Source: Desulfobacterales bacterium
GTDB taxonomy: Bacteria > Desulfobacterota > Desulfobacteria > Desulfobacterales > UBA2245
Direction: 5' to 3'
NCBI GenBank assembly: GCA_040771865.1
Contig: JAXGZF010000005.1
Span: forward strand, 124,001 to 188,000
Length of the DNA: 64,000 nucleotides
In this document: positions 1 through 9,947 of the stretch, piece by piece
Layout: each line of letters begins with the position of its first letter
How positions within the stretch are numbered: the first letter of the stretch is position 1
Notes under the pieces: generated by a model
Told to the model about the DNA's origin: nothing
The model's input: only the letters and a program-made list of their open reading frames with translations
Database searches by the model: none
Program-made: the position numbers and the translations under genes

Positions 1-633
1 CTCGCCAAGGATGAAAATGATCCCAAGGCGTTTTCCGCCTTTATTATCGAAAAGGGCATGCCCGGCTTCAAGGCGACGCATGAAGAGAACAAGGTCGGCA
101 TGCGAGGATGCAATACCGGAGAGCTTTCCTTTGAAGATCTCCGTGTTTCAAAGGAACAGATTCTTTCCGTCGAAGGTAAGGGGCTTCGCGTGACTATGGC
201 GGCCATCGGCGATGTGGGCCGCGGCGGCATGGTGGGATGCGCCCTGGGTGTTCAGGCGGCCTGCCTGGAAGCTTCGGTGAAATTTGCCCGCGAACGCATC
301 CTGTACGGCAAGCCGATCAGTCAGCTGCCGACCATACAGAGCAAGCTGGCCGAGATGAAAGTGGATCTTGAGGCCGGACGGCTGCTGGCGTACCGGGCCA
401 GCGCTATCCAAGACAGGGGTCAGCCTTCCAGCAACGAGTTCGCCGTGGCAAAGTATTTTACTACAGAGGCTGCACAGAAGGCCGCCAAAATGGCCGTGGA
501 CATTCACGGAGGATACGGGTGCATGCAGGAGTATGCGGTGAGCCGGTACCTCAGGGATGCCTTTGTTCTGGGGCCCTCGGCCGGAACCTCGGACATCATG
601 AAGGTGATCATCGCTCGCTGGGTACTTTCCTGA
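1..633 (+). CDS. Acyl-CoA dehydrogenase, C-terminal part (5' end lies outside the window)
   Basis: Frame is open from base 1. Motifs KVGMRGCNTGELSFED, RILYGKPISQLPTIQSKLAEM and AVDIHGGYGCMQEY are typical of ACAD; etfB/etfA follow directly. Confidence 0.93.
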   Translation, partial: LAKDENDPKAFSAFIIEKGMPGFKATHEENKVGMRGCNTGELSFEDLRVSKEQILSVEGKGLRVTMAAIGDVGRGGMVGCALGVQAACLEASVKFARERILYGKPISQLPTIQSKLAEMKVDLEAGRLLAYRASAIQDRGQPSSNEFAVAKYFTTEAAQKAAKMAVDIHGGYGCMQEYAVSRYLRDAFVLGPSAGTSDIMKVIIARWVLS

Positions 634-712
634 TTCTATTTCAATACGTTTAAAACTCCTGCTGAATTCATCGCTGAGTTCACAGAGGCGAAAACACAGA
701 ATAGGATGCCTC

Positions 713-1513
713 ATGACGCTTCAGATTATTGTGTGCGTTAAAGCCGTACCCGATCCGGCGAAGGCCGATCGCATCAGAATCGATCCGGCAACGAGAATGC
801 TCAAGCGAGCTCAGGTTCCCCTGGCGTTCAACCCGCTGGACCGAAACGCCCTGGAGGCGGCGCTGCAGATCCGGGAGAAATCCGGCGCTCGAATCACCGT
901 CCTCAGCATGGGGCCTTCAGGGGCGGAAAACATTGTCAGAGAATGCCTGTCTCTCGGCGCCGATCATGGAATTCTGCTGTCCGACAGGGCTTTTGCCGGG
1001 GCGGACACTTATGCCACCTCGTTTACACTGGCAAAAGGAATCGAGAAGATCGAACAATATGACCTGATCCTCTGCGGCATGGCCAGCAGCGACGGGGCCA
1101 CGGAATGGGTTGGGCCCCAGATCGCCTCGTTTTTGGGAATACCGGTGGCAACCCAGGTTGAGGAATTTGCACAGGTCGATTCGCAAACCTTCAGGGTCCG
1201 ATCCGGAATTGAAAACGGATACCGTCTGATGGAGATAAAGCTCCCGGCGCTGTTGACCGTAACTCGAAAGCTGAACCGCCCGCGTGCCCTTTCGTTTTCA
1301 GGGATCATCAAGGCCAGAAAAAAGCAGATAGTCCAATGGGGTTTGCGGGATCTCGGGCTCGCCGAAGATCAGGTCGGCCAGGCGGCATCCCCGACCGTGG
1401 TGAGTGCGATGACCACCCGCACGGTTCGAAGACAGGTTGAATTCATCGAGGGTCCCATCGAGCAGAAGGCTGAAATTCTGGTGCAGCGGCTGGCCCACGC
1501 CGGCTTGATCTGA
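713..1513 (+). CDS. etfB: Electron transfer flavoprotein beta subunit
   Basis: IIVCVKAVPD, NPLDRNALEAAL, LSDRAFAGADT and DLILCG...DGATEWVGP motifs. Confidence 0.95.
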   Translation: MTLQIIVCVKAVPDPAKADRIRIDPATRMLKRAQVPLAFNPLDRNALEAALQIREKSGARITVLSMGPSGAENIVRECLSLGADHGILLSDRAFAGADTYATSFTLAKGIEKIEQYDLILCGMASSDGATEWVGPQIASFLGIPVATQVEEFAQVDSQTFRVRSGIENGYRLMEIKLPALLTVTRKLNRPRALSFSGIIKARKKQIVQWGLRDLGLAEDQVGQAASPTVVSAMTTRTVRRQVEFIEGPIEQKAEILVQRLAHAGLI

Positions 1514-1574
1514 GATCCGCTATCAGAAGAACTGGCTGGATTTTCGCTGGCGACTATATGGAGAGAATGGACCT

Positions 1575-2576
1575 ATGACAACAAAAGCTTTCGATGGCCC
1601 GGTGTGGGTGGTGGCGGAACGGGTCGACGGGCGGATTCAGAATGTCTCGCTGCAGCTTGTCGGAAAGGCAAGACAGCTTGCCGACGAACTGAATTCATGC
1701 GTTGAGGTTGTTCTTCTGGGGCACGGGATGAAGAATCGCATCGAGCCCCTGTTTGCCGCCGGAGCTGACAGGGTTTACCTGGGAGATGATCCGGTTCTGA
1801 ACTGGTATCAAGCTGACATTTACACGGAGATGATCGTTTCTCTTGCCCTGAAGATAAAGCCGGAGATTCTGCTCATCGGATCGACATGCACGGGCAGGGA
1901 GCTGGCGCCGCTGGTTGCGGCCCGGCTGGCGACGGGACTTACCGCCCACTGCATTGATCTGAAAATTAATGACCGGAACATTCTGGAGCAATGGGTTCCG
2001 GCCTACGGCGGGCTTATGTCGATCATATGCCCGGAAAGACGGCCTCAGATGGCCACAGCGGCAAGCGGCGTCTTTCCCTTGCCGGATATGGATGAAAGCC
2101 GTCGGGGTGAGTTGGTCCTGCTCGATGTGCCTGAGGCGGTTTTCGACCGGATTCGGAATCTGGAGGTCGTGCGCACGGAACCGGAAACCGTGGCGCTGGA
2201 ATCCGCTTCCATTGTGGTTGCCGGCGGCATCGGCGCAGGGGATGAAGCCGGGTGGCGCCAGATTTCGGATCTGGCCCGGATTCTGAATGCGGGCCTGGGA
2301 TGCACCCGGCCGGTGGTTGATGCGGGCTGGGCCGGTCATGAGACCATGATCGGCCAGAGCGGAAAGATGGTCAGCCCCGAGCTGTATCTGGGCATCGGCC
2401 TTTCCGGAGATCTTCAACATTTAATCGGCATTATGGGGGCCAGTGTAATGGCGGCTGTCAACAAGGATGCCAGGGCACCGGTTTTTGAACAGGTGGACTA
2501 CGGCATCGTGGCGGATTGCCGCGAATTTGTTCCCCTGCTGATTGAAAAAATCAAGACGTATCGTCAAAGCCGATAA
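1575..2576 (+). CDS. etfA: Electron transfer flavoprotein alpha subunit
   Basis: VWVVAE, GRELAPLVAARLATGLTAHC, IGQSGKMVSPELYLGIGLSG and AVNKDARAPVFEQVDYGIVAD FAD-binding motifs. Confidence 0.95.
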   Translation: MTTKAFDGPVWVVAERVDGRIQNVSLQLVGKARQLADELNSCVEVVLLGHGMKNRIEPLFAAGADRVYLGDDPVLNWYQADIYTEMIVSLALKIKPEILLIGSTCTGRELAPLVAARLATGLTAHCIDLKINDRNILEQWVPAYGGLMSIICPERRPQMATAASGVFPLPDMDESRRGELVLLDVPEAVFDRIRNLEVVRTEPETVALESASIVVAGGIGAGDEAGWRQISDLARILNAGLGCTRPVVDAGWAGHETMIGQSGKMVSPELYLGIGLSGDLQHLIGIMGASVMAAVNKDARAPVFEQVDYGIVADCREFVPLLIEKIKTYRQSR

Positions 2577-2614
2577 TCAGGTTTTGAATCGTTCGATCAG
2601 AATATGGCCCCGAA

Positions 2615-3787
2615 TCAGGCTGCTGGTGTCGAACGGCGCTGTCTTCGAATATCGAGAATTCCGACGGTTAATGGGATGATCAGCATCAGAACGCCCAGGG
2701 ACGCGACTCCCTGCCAGGCGGCGCGGACGTATACCAGGCCGCTCAGGGTGATTCCCGAATAGCCTCCCAGATAATAAAAAAGCACGTAAAGTGAGTTGGC
2801 CCGTCCGCGGCTGGCGGTCAACTTCCGGTTCAGTGCCCCTGCGGCCGAAGCGTGAATGGAGAAAAAGCCCGCGCAGATTCCGGCCAGACTTATAATAATT
2901 CCAATCATGGAAGGAATCAGGGTCAGGCCGATGGAAGCGGCGAAAACCACTGCGCCCATGGCCATTGTGGCGCCGTTTCCGATCCGGTTGCTGATGTTTC
3001 CGGCCAGAGGCCCCATCACAACGCCGATCAGATACGACAGATACATCATCGTAATCACGCCGGTGGAGGCGTTGAACGGGGGTTTGGAAAGATAAAACGG
3101 CAGAAAGTTGAATATCGAGGAAAAGACGAAAAAGGCGGAAAAAGCCGCCGCGTAAATCATCATCAGCTCGGTGCGGCGAAGCAGTCCGAGAAAACCGATT
3201 TCATCAGCCGATTTTCCGGTTCGCCTGTTTTCAGAGGGAAGCCAGAAGGTCGCGGCCAGGGTGGCGGCCAGCAGAAAGATCGAGGCGCTGAAAAACGCAT
3301 ACCGCCAGTGCAGGGGCGGATGAATCCAGCCTCCGAGCAGGCGGCCCCCCAGCCCGCCGGCCACGGTTGCCGATATGTACGAACCCATGATGACATTGAG
3401 CCGGTGAAGCGGCAGGGTCCGGGAGAGGTAGGCGGCCACGCAGGTGGTCAGACAGGGCAGAAACAGCCCCTGAATGAACCGGGCCGCAATGAGGGCCGGA
3501 AGATTTTCCGACAGGGCGCAATACAAGCTGGATGCCGTGACCACAAAGCCGCCGACGGCGATCAGGGGCTTAACCCGGTACCGGTCCGCAAGCCGGCCGA
3601 AGGGCAGGTTGGCCAGAGCGATTCCCAGCACCACCATGGAGATGGTGAGGGAGGCCTGCGTTTCGCTGACGCCGAATTCGCTCTGAAGCACCGGCAGGAC
3701 CGGCTGGGTGATGTAAATCGTGGTAAAGGCGGCGGCTACCAGCCAGAAAACCACCGCGGCAAGACCTATGGATTTGAATCGCTTCAT
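2615..3787 (-). CDS. MFS transporter (YnfM-like)
   Basis: About 12 hydrophobic segments, motif A GRLADRYRVKP, IYITQPVLP and ANSLYVLFYYLGG. Confidence 0.85.
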   Translation of the reverse strand: MKRFKSIGLAAVVFWLVAAAFTTIYITQPVLPVLQSEFGVSETQASLTISMVVLGIALANLPFGRLADRYRVKPLIAVGGFVVTASSLYCALSENLPALIAARFIQGLFLPCLTTCVAAYLSRTLPLHRLNVIMGSYISATVAGGLGGRLLGGWIHPPLHWRYAFFSASIFLLAATLAATFWLPSENRRTGKSADEIGFLGLLRRTELMMIYAAAFSAFFVFSSIFNFLPFYLSKPPFNASTGVITMMYLSYLIGVVMGPLAGNISNRIGNGATMAMGAVVFAASIGLTLIPSMIGIIISLAGICAGFFSIHASAAGALNRKLTASRGRANSLYVLFYYLGGYSGITLSGLVYVRAAWQGVASLGVLMLIIPLTVGILDIRRQRRSTPAA

Positions 3788-3907
3788 GAAAAAATAAATC
3801 GCATGGCTTTTGGAGAGCCCGCGGTTTTAGGAAATCCGGCACTGTAAAAATCAGGGCCGATCGGCAAAATCATGCGAAGAATGCATTCAGGGTTTTCAAG
3901 TTCAGGA

Positions 3908-4324
3908 TCATGCCGGATACTCGCCGGTACGCTCCACGGTGGAAGGATCGGGGATAAAGGTGCAGAATTCAATTTTCTGAATCCGGTCGTCCTTGATTTC
4001 GAAAAGCACCACCGCCACCGTATTGTCTTTCTCGCCCGCAGCCAGCCGGACACAAGGCTCTCCGCTTTTGGCATAAAAGGTATAGGCCCTAGTCAAGGCC
4101 AGTTCGGCAAAAAGCCTCATATCCTCGGATTGGCTGGATTCCTCGAAGGTTTCAGACAGGAAGGCGGAAATTTCATCTTTTCCCCTGAGCTCGTCCAGCA
4201 CATTCTGGGAAGAATAGGCGACGTCATCCGCCAAAAGGAACATCAAGGGGGTTTTGTCCATCGTGTTGATGGCTTTTGCGTAAGCCCTGGAGGCATCGGA
4301 AGCCGTGAGTTTCTCTTGCACCAT
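3908..4324 (-). CDS. Hypothetical protein, possible SnoaL/NTF2-like fold
   Basis: ATG at 4324 with a purine-rich SD. Pattern AYAKAINTMD...LLADDVAYSS...LRGKDEISAFL...FEIKDDRIQKIE resembles NTF2-like proteins. Confidence 0.55.
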   Translation of the reverse strand: MVQEKLTASDASRAYAKAINTMDKTPLMFLLADDVAYSSQNVLDELRGKDEISAFLSETFEESSQSEDMRLFAELALTRAYTFYAKSGEPCVRLAAGEKDNTVAVVLFEIKDDRIQKIEFCTFIPDPSTVERTGEYPA

Positions 4325-4536
4325 ACTCTTTCTGTCCCCCTGATTGCAACCCGTTGACGGTCGATTCATGGGATTGCAACCTTTTGAATTTCAAACAGAA
4401 TATTTTTAATCCATAAATCTGCTTTGACATTGAGCCTTTGTTTCATTATGAAAAAACATGAGTTTTGGCAAGAAAATTTCTTGAATATTGATTTTCCGGC
4501 TTTCTGAAAAAAAGCCGTTGCAACAGGGAGAATTTC

Positions 4537-5016
4537 ATGGATGATGAATTGACGTCCGAAGAACTCCGGCTGGTTGAACTGCTGCGGCAGGAGGTTTCCG
4601 CGGCGGCTGGTCGGAAACAATCATTCAAAACCCGTCAGCCGTTTCCGAAACCCGCGCCTCAGACGGCTCAACCGGAACCGACTGCCGGGATCATCGACGT
4701 TGCCGAACTCAGGCAAAGGGCGACGACTGAATTCAGTGAGTTTAAAACCCGGTTTTCGGGCCTGTCGGACGGTGATCCCGACGTGCTGTGCCAGGAACTG
4801 GAAAAGCTGGCGGACCAGGCCGGCGCGCTGAAATCCACGCTTGAAACCTACCTGCGGCATAAGAAGGTCGATGATGCCAGACAGGCGGTGGCCGATATGA
4901 TTTCCAGGGGAATTGTTTTCCGGGAAATCGTTATTGACGACATCCATTTCACGGTCAGCAAATCCGGAGAGATATCTCTGATTTCCGACCCTGACCGCAT
5001 CGGGCTGTCTTTCTGA
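4537..5016 (+). CDS. Hypothetical protein
   Basis: 159-aa ORF with SD GGGAG, helical composition and no conflict with neighbouring genes. Confidence 0.6.
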   Translation: MDDELTSEELRLVELLRQEVSAAAGRKQSFKTRQPFPKPAPQTAQPEPTAGIIDVAELRQRATTEFSEFKTRFSGLSDGDPDVLCQELEKLADQAGALKSTLETYLRHKKVDDARQAVADMISRGIVFREIVIDDIHFTVSKSGEISLISDPDRIGLSF

Positions 5017-5348
5017 TCCGGGCCGCAAGTTACATGACGGCGCTGATGTGCCTTATTGCATCCTGGATGAATTTTTGATATCTAAAAACTATCAGCATGC
5101 AACTTCTGCGGCCGCATTTCCATCTTATTCTCTGTTTCAACGGCGCAGGTGAAAAGGCAGCCGCATAATGGCGAAGGTGCGTATCCGACGATATGCACGC
5201 CTTGTGTCCGCAAGTCAACTCAGTGAGCCGGGCGATGAACGTCGCTGGTTCCGTCCCTCAATCCGATCAGTGGCAGCCATCGTTCTTTCAAATGCATTCA
5301 TCATTTTTTCACCAGAAGGACAACCGAGATCCTGAAAGGAGAGATTCC

Positions 5349-5711
5349 ATGACAAAGCAGTTTTCCTTTACCAAGTATGAAAACGAAATCATGGCTGATT
5401 TCAGAGAAAGGCTCAACAAGGCGGAATCTACCGAAGACGTGAAAAAATTTTTTGCCTATACCATCAAATCGTTAATGGAAAATATATTTGGGGACAAGCT
5501 GGATTTCCGGCTTGATGACGTCGTTCTGACCACCGGAGAGGAGCCTTATTACAGCCTGAACGAACGGCTCTTGGAGAATGGGGATTTTAAGGGGGCCTGG
5601 GGCGATTCAGACCTGCCCCGGGTGCTGGCCCGGCTGGCCGGTTCGGCCCTGAAACGGCACATACACCTTGAAAAAAATCCGGGAAAAACGGAATCCAAGA
5701 TTCGCATGTAA
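5349..5711 (+). CDS. Hypothetical protein (MTKQFSFTKYENE...)
   Basis: Strong SD AAGGAGAG before the ATG at 5349; 120-aa soluble protein. Confidence 0.7.
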   Translation: MTKQFSFTKYENEIMADFRERLNKAESTEDVKKFFAYTIKSLMENIFGDKLDFRLDDVVLTTGEEPYYSLNERLLENGDFKGAWGDSDLPRVLARLAGSALKRHIHLEKNPGKTESKIRM

Positions 5712-5792
5712 TTGGAACTTCCGGGATGGCGAAACAGGGATTTTTGAGTTTCACAACGATTTTTCCGGATGGAAATATGAGTTGGAGGCGGC

Positions 5793-6551
5793 ATGAAGTT
5801 TACCATTCTGGGCACGGGAACCTCCGCGCTCTGTCGCTCAAGGGCCTGTTGCGCGTATCATGTGATGAAAATCGGCGGTGGAGTGGGCATCGACATAGGG
5901 GCGGGCGTTCTGGCCAGGTACTGCGATGCGGGCATCGATTTCATGGAACTGGATGCCCTGGTACTCACCCATCCCGCCCATGTGGATCATGTCGGGGACC
6001 TGCCCATGCTGCTGTTCTCCATGAACTACACTCCCGGAAGGATTCGAACGCGGCCTTTGCCGATCTATGTGCCAAAAGGGGAGGGCGGATTTATAAACCG
6101 GGTCTTCGAGGCTTTTCCCAAGTCGCAACCCAAAAACTTTGAGGTTCCGGTGTTCGAGGTCGAGGAAAAGGCTTACAACCTGGGTGGCTTGGTTTTTAAT
6201 TTTGTTTCCATGACGCACGGAACGGTTCCGGCTGTCGGAGTCCGGATCGAGGATAACGGCAGGCAAGTTGCCGTTACCGGGGATACCGAGGCAGGTCCGT
6301 GGGTGGTGAGGCTGCTCAAACATGTCGATCTGGCCGTGATGCACTGTGCCTCCGCTGAAGGCTATGGCGGACCGGAAACCCATCTGAACGGAGTATCCGT
6401 GGGACGGATGGCGGCACGGGCCGAGGTCGGGCACCTGATCGTTACGCACCGGTATCCGCTGGGAACCGATGACGAGGTGCTGTCTCAAATCCGGCAATCC
6501 TACGCAGGACCGGTGTCCTTTGCCGTGGATCTGGATGCCCATATCCTTTAA
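5793..6551 (+). CDS. Metallo-beta-lactamase fold hydrolase, RNase Z-like
   Basis: SD GGAGG; MKFTILGTG, IDIGAG, LTHPAHVDH, HG, TGDT, THL and LIVTHRYP motifs. Confidence 0.8.
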   Translation: MKFTILGTGTSALCRSRACCAYHVMKIGGGVGIDIGAGVLARYCDAGIDFMELDALVLTHPAHVDHVGDLPMLLFSMNYTPGRIRTRPLPIYVPKGEGGFINRVFEAFPKSQPKNFEVPVFEVEEKAYNLGGLVFNFVSMTHGTVPAVGVRIEDNGRQVAVTGDTEAGPWVVRLLKHVDLAVMHCASAEGYGGPETHLNGVSVGRMAARAEVGHLIVTHRYPLGTDDEVLSQIRQSYAGPVSFAVDLDAHIL

Positions 6552-6728
6552 TCTTCGAGGCGATCTCCAGTCGAAGATTATTTCATGTCCTTTGGATTTT
6601 CACGGTTTTTCCAAAATCTCGCCGAAAATTTCGGATGCCCAAGCGATTCGTTGACGAAAGCAGAGAAATGTGATTGGAAGAACTGCATTTTGTTGTTCTG
6701 AAGATGCTTTCTAACGCAACGATTCGTA

Positions 6729-7745
6729 ATGAAAGATGGGCCGAAAATGATAAGCCGGGGAAAATTTCTGACAGGTCTTGTCCTGTCGGTTGTTCTGATT
6801 GTGCCTGTTGCTTCATGGATCCGTTTAAGCATTTCGGAAAAACCCATCTGGTCCGTCAGCATATACGCCGGAACCAGCCCCTTTGATTTTCATCCCCATC
6901 CGCTGGCTTCGCGGCATCCGGTGCTCAGCGCATCGGATATCACGGATGCGCCTTCGGATTTTGTGGCCGATCCGTTCATGGTTCGTTTTCAGAACCGCTG
7001 GTATATGTTTTTCGAGACGCTCACTACTGCTTCCGGCCAGGGAGACATCGCCTTGGCGTCAAGCGATGACGGCATTCGATGGCGCTACGAGCGGATTGTC
7101 CTCGACGAGCCGTTTCATCTTTCCTATCCCTATGTTTTTGAGTGGAACGGGGCCTGGTACCTGATTCCGGAAAGCCGCAACGCATCATCCGTCCGGCTTT
7201 ACAAATCGGAGGTCTTTCCCTTTGAGTGGGAATTTGCCGGCGAGCTGGTTTCCGGCGCTTACTCCGATCCGTCCATCGTATTCAAGGACGGCCGCTGGTG
7301 GCTGTTTGTACTCAAGGATCTGGACACCCTGCTGCTGTTTCAGGCCGAAAACCTGACCGGGCCCTGGTCGGAGCATCCCCGGAGCCCTCTCGTGTACCGG
7401 GATCGCAATTTCTCCAGACCCGGCGGCAGGGTGATTGTTCATCAGGACCGCATCATCCGCTATTCTCAGGACGGGGACCCTGTTTACGGAAACGCCATCC
7501 GGGCGTTTGTGGTGGACGAGATCACCCCGGAGACCTATCGCGAACACGAGGTGCTGACCGCAATCCTGCCGGTTGCGTCCGGAAGCGGATGGAACGCATC
7601 AGGAATGCACAATATCGATCCGCATCAGACCAATGAGGGCCAATGGATCGCCTGCGTGGACGGCAAGCGGAAGTCCGGAGCGTTTGAACCGGGAAAAGGG
7701 GCCCGACGGCTTCTGGACCGCATCAGACGTCTGGCCAACTTCTGA
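6729..7745 (+). CDS. Membrane-anchored beta-propeller protein similar to the N-terminal domain of GINT1 (GH43/GH32-like clan)
   Basis: N-terminal TM segment, then FVADPFMV, WYMFFE, GDIALASSDDG, LDEPFHLSYPYVFEWNGAWYLIPES, SRPGG and GMHNIDP. Confidence 0.7.
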   Translation: MKDGPKMISRGKFLTGLVLSVVLIVPVASWIRLSISEKPIWSVSIYAGTSPFDFHPHPLASRHPVLSASDITDAPSDFVADPFMVRFQNRWYMFFETLTTASGQGDIALASSDDGIRWRYERIVLDEPFHLSYPYVFEWNGAWYLIPESRNASSVRLYKSEVFPFEWEFAGELVSGAYSDPSIVFKDGRWWLFVLKDLDTLLLFQAENLTGPWSEHPRSPLVYRDRNFSRPGGRVIVHQDRIIRYSQDGDPVYGNAIRAFVVDEITPETYREHEVLTAILPVASGSGWNASGMHNIDPHQTNEGQWIACVDGKRKSGAFEPGKGARRLLDRIRRLANF

Positions 7746-7759
7746 CGAACTGCCATGGG

Positions 7760-9532
7760 TCATTCCGGTTGCTGAATCAGAAGCCTGCGCTGGGCTTGGT
7801 AAAGGGAGGGCATGCTCATACCGGAGCGGTTCAATCCCTCAACCGTTATCCAGGCATTATGTCGGTCATCGGTTTCTCCTCCCACCTGGACGATTTTATC
7901 CCCCTGCCGATGAATGCCGATATAGAAAGCCTGTGGAAAATGTTCGAACATGGTTTCCGGTGTGCCGGACGAGGTGCTCGGGAAGTCGTAGGTTCGGGCA
8001 AATTCGTCCTCCTGTGCACACTTGTAGCATTCCATAATCCCGGGCGCTCGAATGTTCCAGAAGACATTTCGCACCCCTGCGTGGGGAAGCACGCTCAGGT
8101 CTCCTCCGGGGCAGAGATAGAATCCCCGAAGATTCTCGAAAAGATTTTCATAAGGGAACATGCCGTGAAAGTCGATCGCGGCGTCCGTCCCGTCATAGGT
8201 ATTCCAGCCCTCGTAATGGGTTTCGCAGTCCGATATTACATTGCCCGAAGCCCACATCTTGAGCGTAACCGGATGAACCATTCTGGAGAAAAAATGCGTG
8301 CGTTGCACCAGAATGCCGTGACTCTGGGCGATGGTGACCCCGGCATGCCCGCTGAGGCCTTGAAATGAAATATCCTGAACCGTGAAATCCGCGCTGCGGC
8401 TGAAGATGATTCCCTGGGTGAGATCCTTGACGACAACGTCCCGGACCCATCCGTCGCAGGCATGGCTGAACCACAGTGCGCCCCAGAGATAATCCTGTTC
8501 CTTGGCGGTTCGAATGACGGAACCATCGGCGGCCAGATGGGGCTTGTGGTGCCGGTATTCTCCAGGCCAGCAGCTTTCAAAGCGCAGGTTCTCGATGCCG
8601 ACACCCTTTACGCCGTTGAAGGAAAAAATACGGGGATTGTAACGGATGAACTGGTCGAATCGAGCGGATTTTGCCAGGCGGATGGTGTTTTTGTCCAGTA
8701 TCCGGTCGATCTTAACGATCCATGAGATTCTGCCGGCGGCGCCGCCGAAGGTGTCGTTCTGGCCGGGGACCAGCCGAAAGGGAGAGGTCAATTGTGCCGC
8801 GATATCCACCCTGGTTGAATCCGGTCGGCTTTCATCGATCAGGGGATCACAGAATTCGATGATCACGGGTTGTCCGGCAACCAGGCGGGAAGTATCCGAA
8901 ACCGCAACCGTCTTCTGTCCGCGGCTGAGCGTTTGCGTATAGTGGGCCAGTTCATGTTTGGCTTCTGCGCCCATGACGGACAGAGCGGTCCGGTGGCGTG
9001 CCTCATTTGCAGCCGGAACCGTGCCCAGGCGGCGGACCGTGTCATCAGGCGCCGGCGCGGCCATGTGCAGAACCGTTCCGGCGGATCCGGAACCCTGGCC
9101 GCGAACAATCACATGGCTGTGTGTGATGCAAAGAAACGGGGCGTCAACGGCCGGGTGAATCTCGTAACGGCCGGAAGGCAGAAAAACCACGCCTCCGCCG
9201 GCCGCGCCGGCCGCATCGATCGCGGCCTGAATAGCCGCCGTGTCGTCTTTGCCGTCATCCGGAATCGCTCCAAATCCCGAAGCGGTGACGTCGAAAACCG
9301 GTCCCGCAACGTCCGGAATCGGCCGGTCTCCCATGGCGTATCCGGCCCGTGAAAAATCGGGCAGACGGTCGCCCGTCGGGCCATGTTGAACGTATTCTTT
9401 CCAGACATTTGGAACCCATTCGCCTGGATCGGCCTCGAATGCCAAAGCCCTTCCTGAACCCAGGAAGAAAGACAAGACGGCAAGGCCAGCCATCAACCGA
9501 CAAAGATTTTGCAGATTGAACCCGTTTTTCAA
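7760..9532 (-). CDS. Secreted right-handed beta-helix protein (Pectate_lyase_3 / GH28-related)
   Basis: TTG start with SD GGAGA; signal peptide ending ALA; LPDFSRAGY and FGAIPDDGKDDTAAIQAAIDAA...GGVVFLPSGRY motifs. Confidence 0.75.
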   Translation of the reverse strand: MKNGFNLQNLCRLMAGLAVLSFFLGSGRALAFEADPGEWVPNVWKEYVQHGPTGDRLPDFSRAGYAMGDRPIPDVAGPVFDVTASGFGAIPDDGKDDTAAIQAAIDAAGAAGGGVVFLPSGRYEIHPAVDAPFLCITHSHVIVRGQGSGSAGTVLHMAAPAPDDTVRRLGTVPAANEARHRTALSVMGAEAKHELAHYTQTLSRGQKTVAVSDTSRLVAGQPVIIEFCDPLIDESRPDSTRVDIAAQLTSPFRLVPGQNDTFGGAAGRISWIVKIDRILDKNTIRLAKSARFDQFIRYNPRIFSFNGVKGVGIENLRFESCWPGEYRHHKPHLAADGSVIRTAKEQDYLWGALWFSHACDGWVRDVVVKDLTQGIIFSRSADFTVQDISFQGLSGHAGVTIAQSHGILVQRTHFFSRMVHPVTLKMWASGNVISDCETHYEGWNTYDGTDAAIDFHGMFPYENLFENLRGFYLCPGGDLSVLPHAGVRNVFWNIRAPGIMECYKCAQEDEFARTYDFPSTSSGTPETMFEHFPQAFYIGIHRQGDKIVQVGGETDDRHNAWITVEGLNRSGMSMPSLYQAQRRLLIQQPE

Positions 9533-9947
9533 AGCGATGTCTCCTTGAGACCTCGGCCGGATTTTCGTGTTTTGAATTCAAAATACGCTTGAGCCGGTTC
9601 GAAGCGGCCACGATGCGGTCAGAAAGATCATATTCGGGGTGAATTGTCAATTCTTTGAAATGACGTACAATATGGCGTCGCTCGATGATTTTCCATTTGA
9701 CACGGATCGCAAACCCCTATAAATTCACAAAAAATCAGTCTTATACTTTTGGCAGAAAACCTGACGGTCTGCCGATGAATCGAAAGGAAGTTCGCGCCTT
9801 TCCTGATTCGACGATTCCGCATTCCAGCCGCGTATTGAGACGGCTTCGGAAAAGTTGAATTCCAGAATGTGTTTCAAGAACGCGATTCAAACAACGAGGT
9901 CCATTCTTCGGCGGTTCGAATGCCGGTCTTAATTCTTTCCATACGCT

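Noticed and set aside
2852..3847. 331-aa plus-strand ORF
   Set aside because: Antisense shadow of the MFS transporter; no recognisable motifs.
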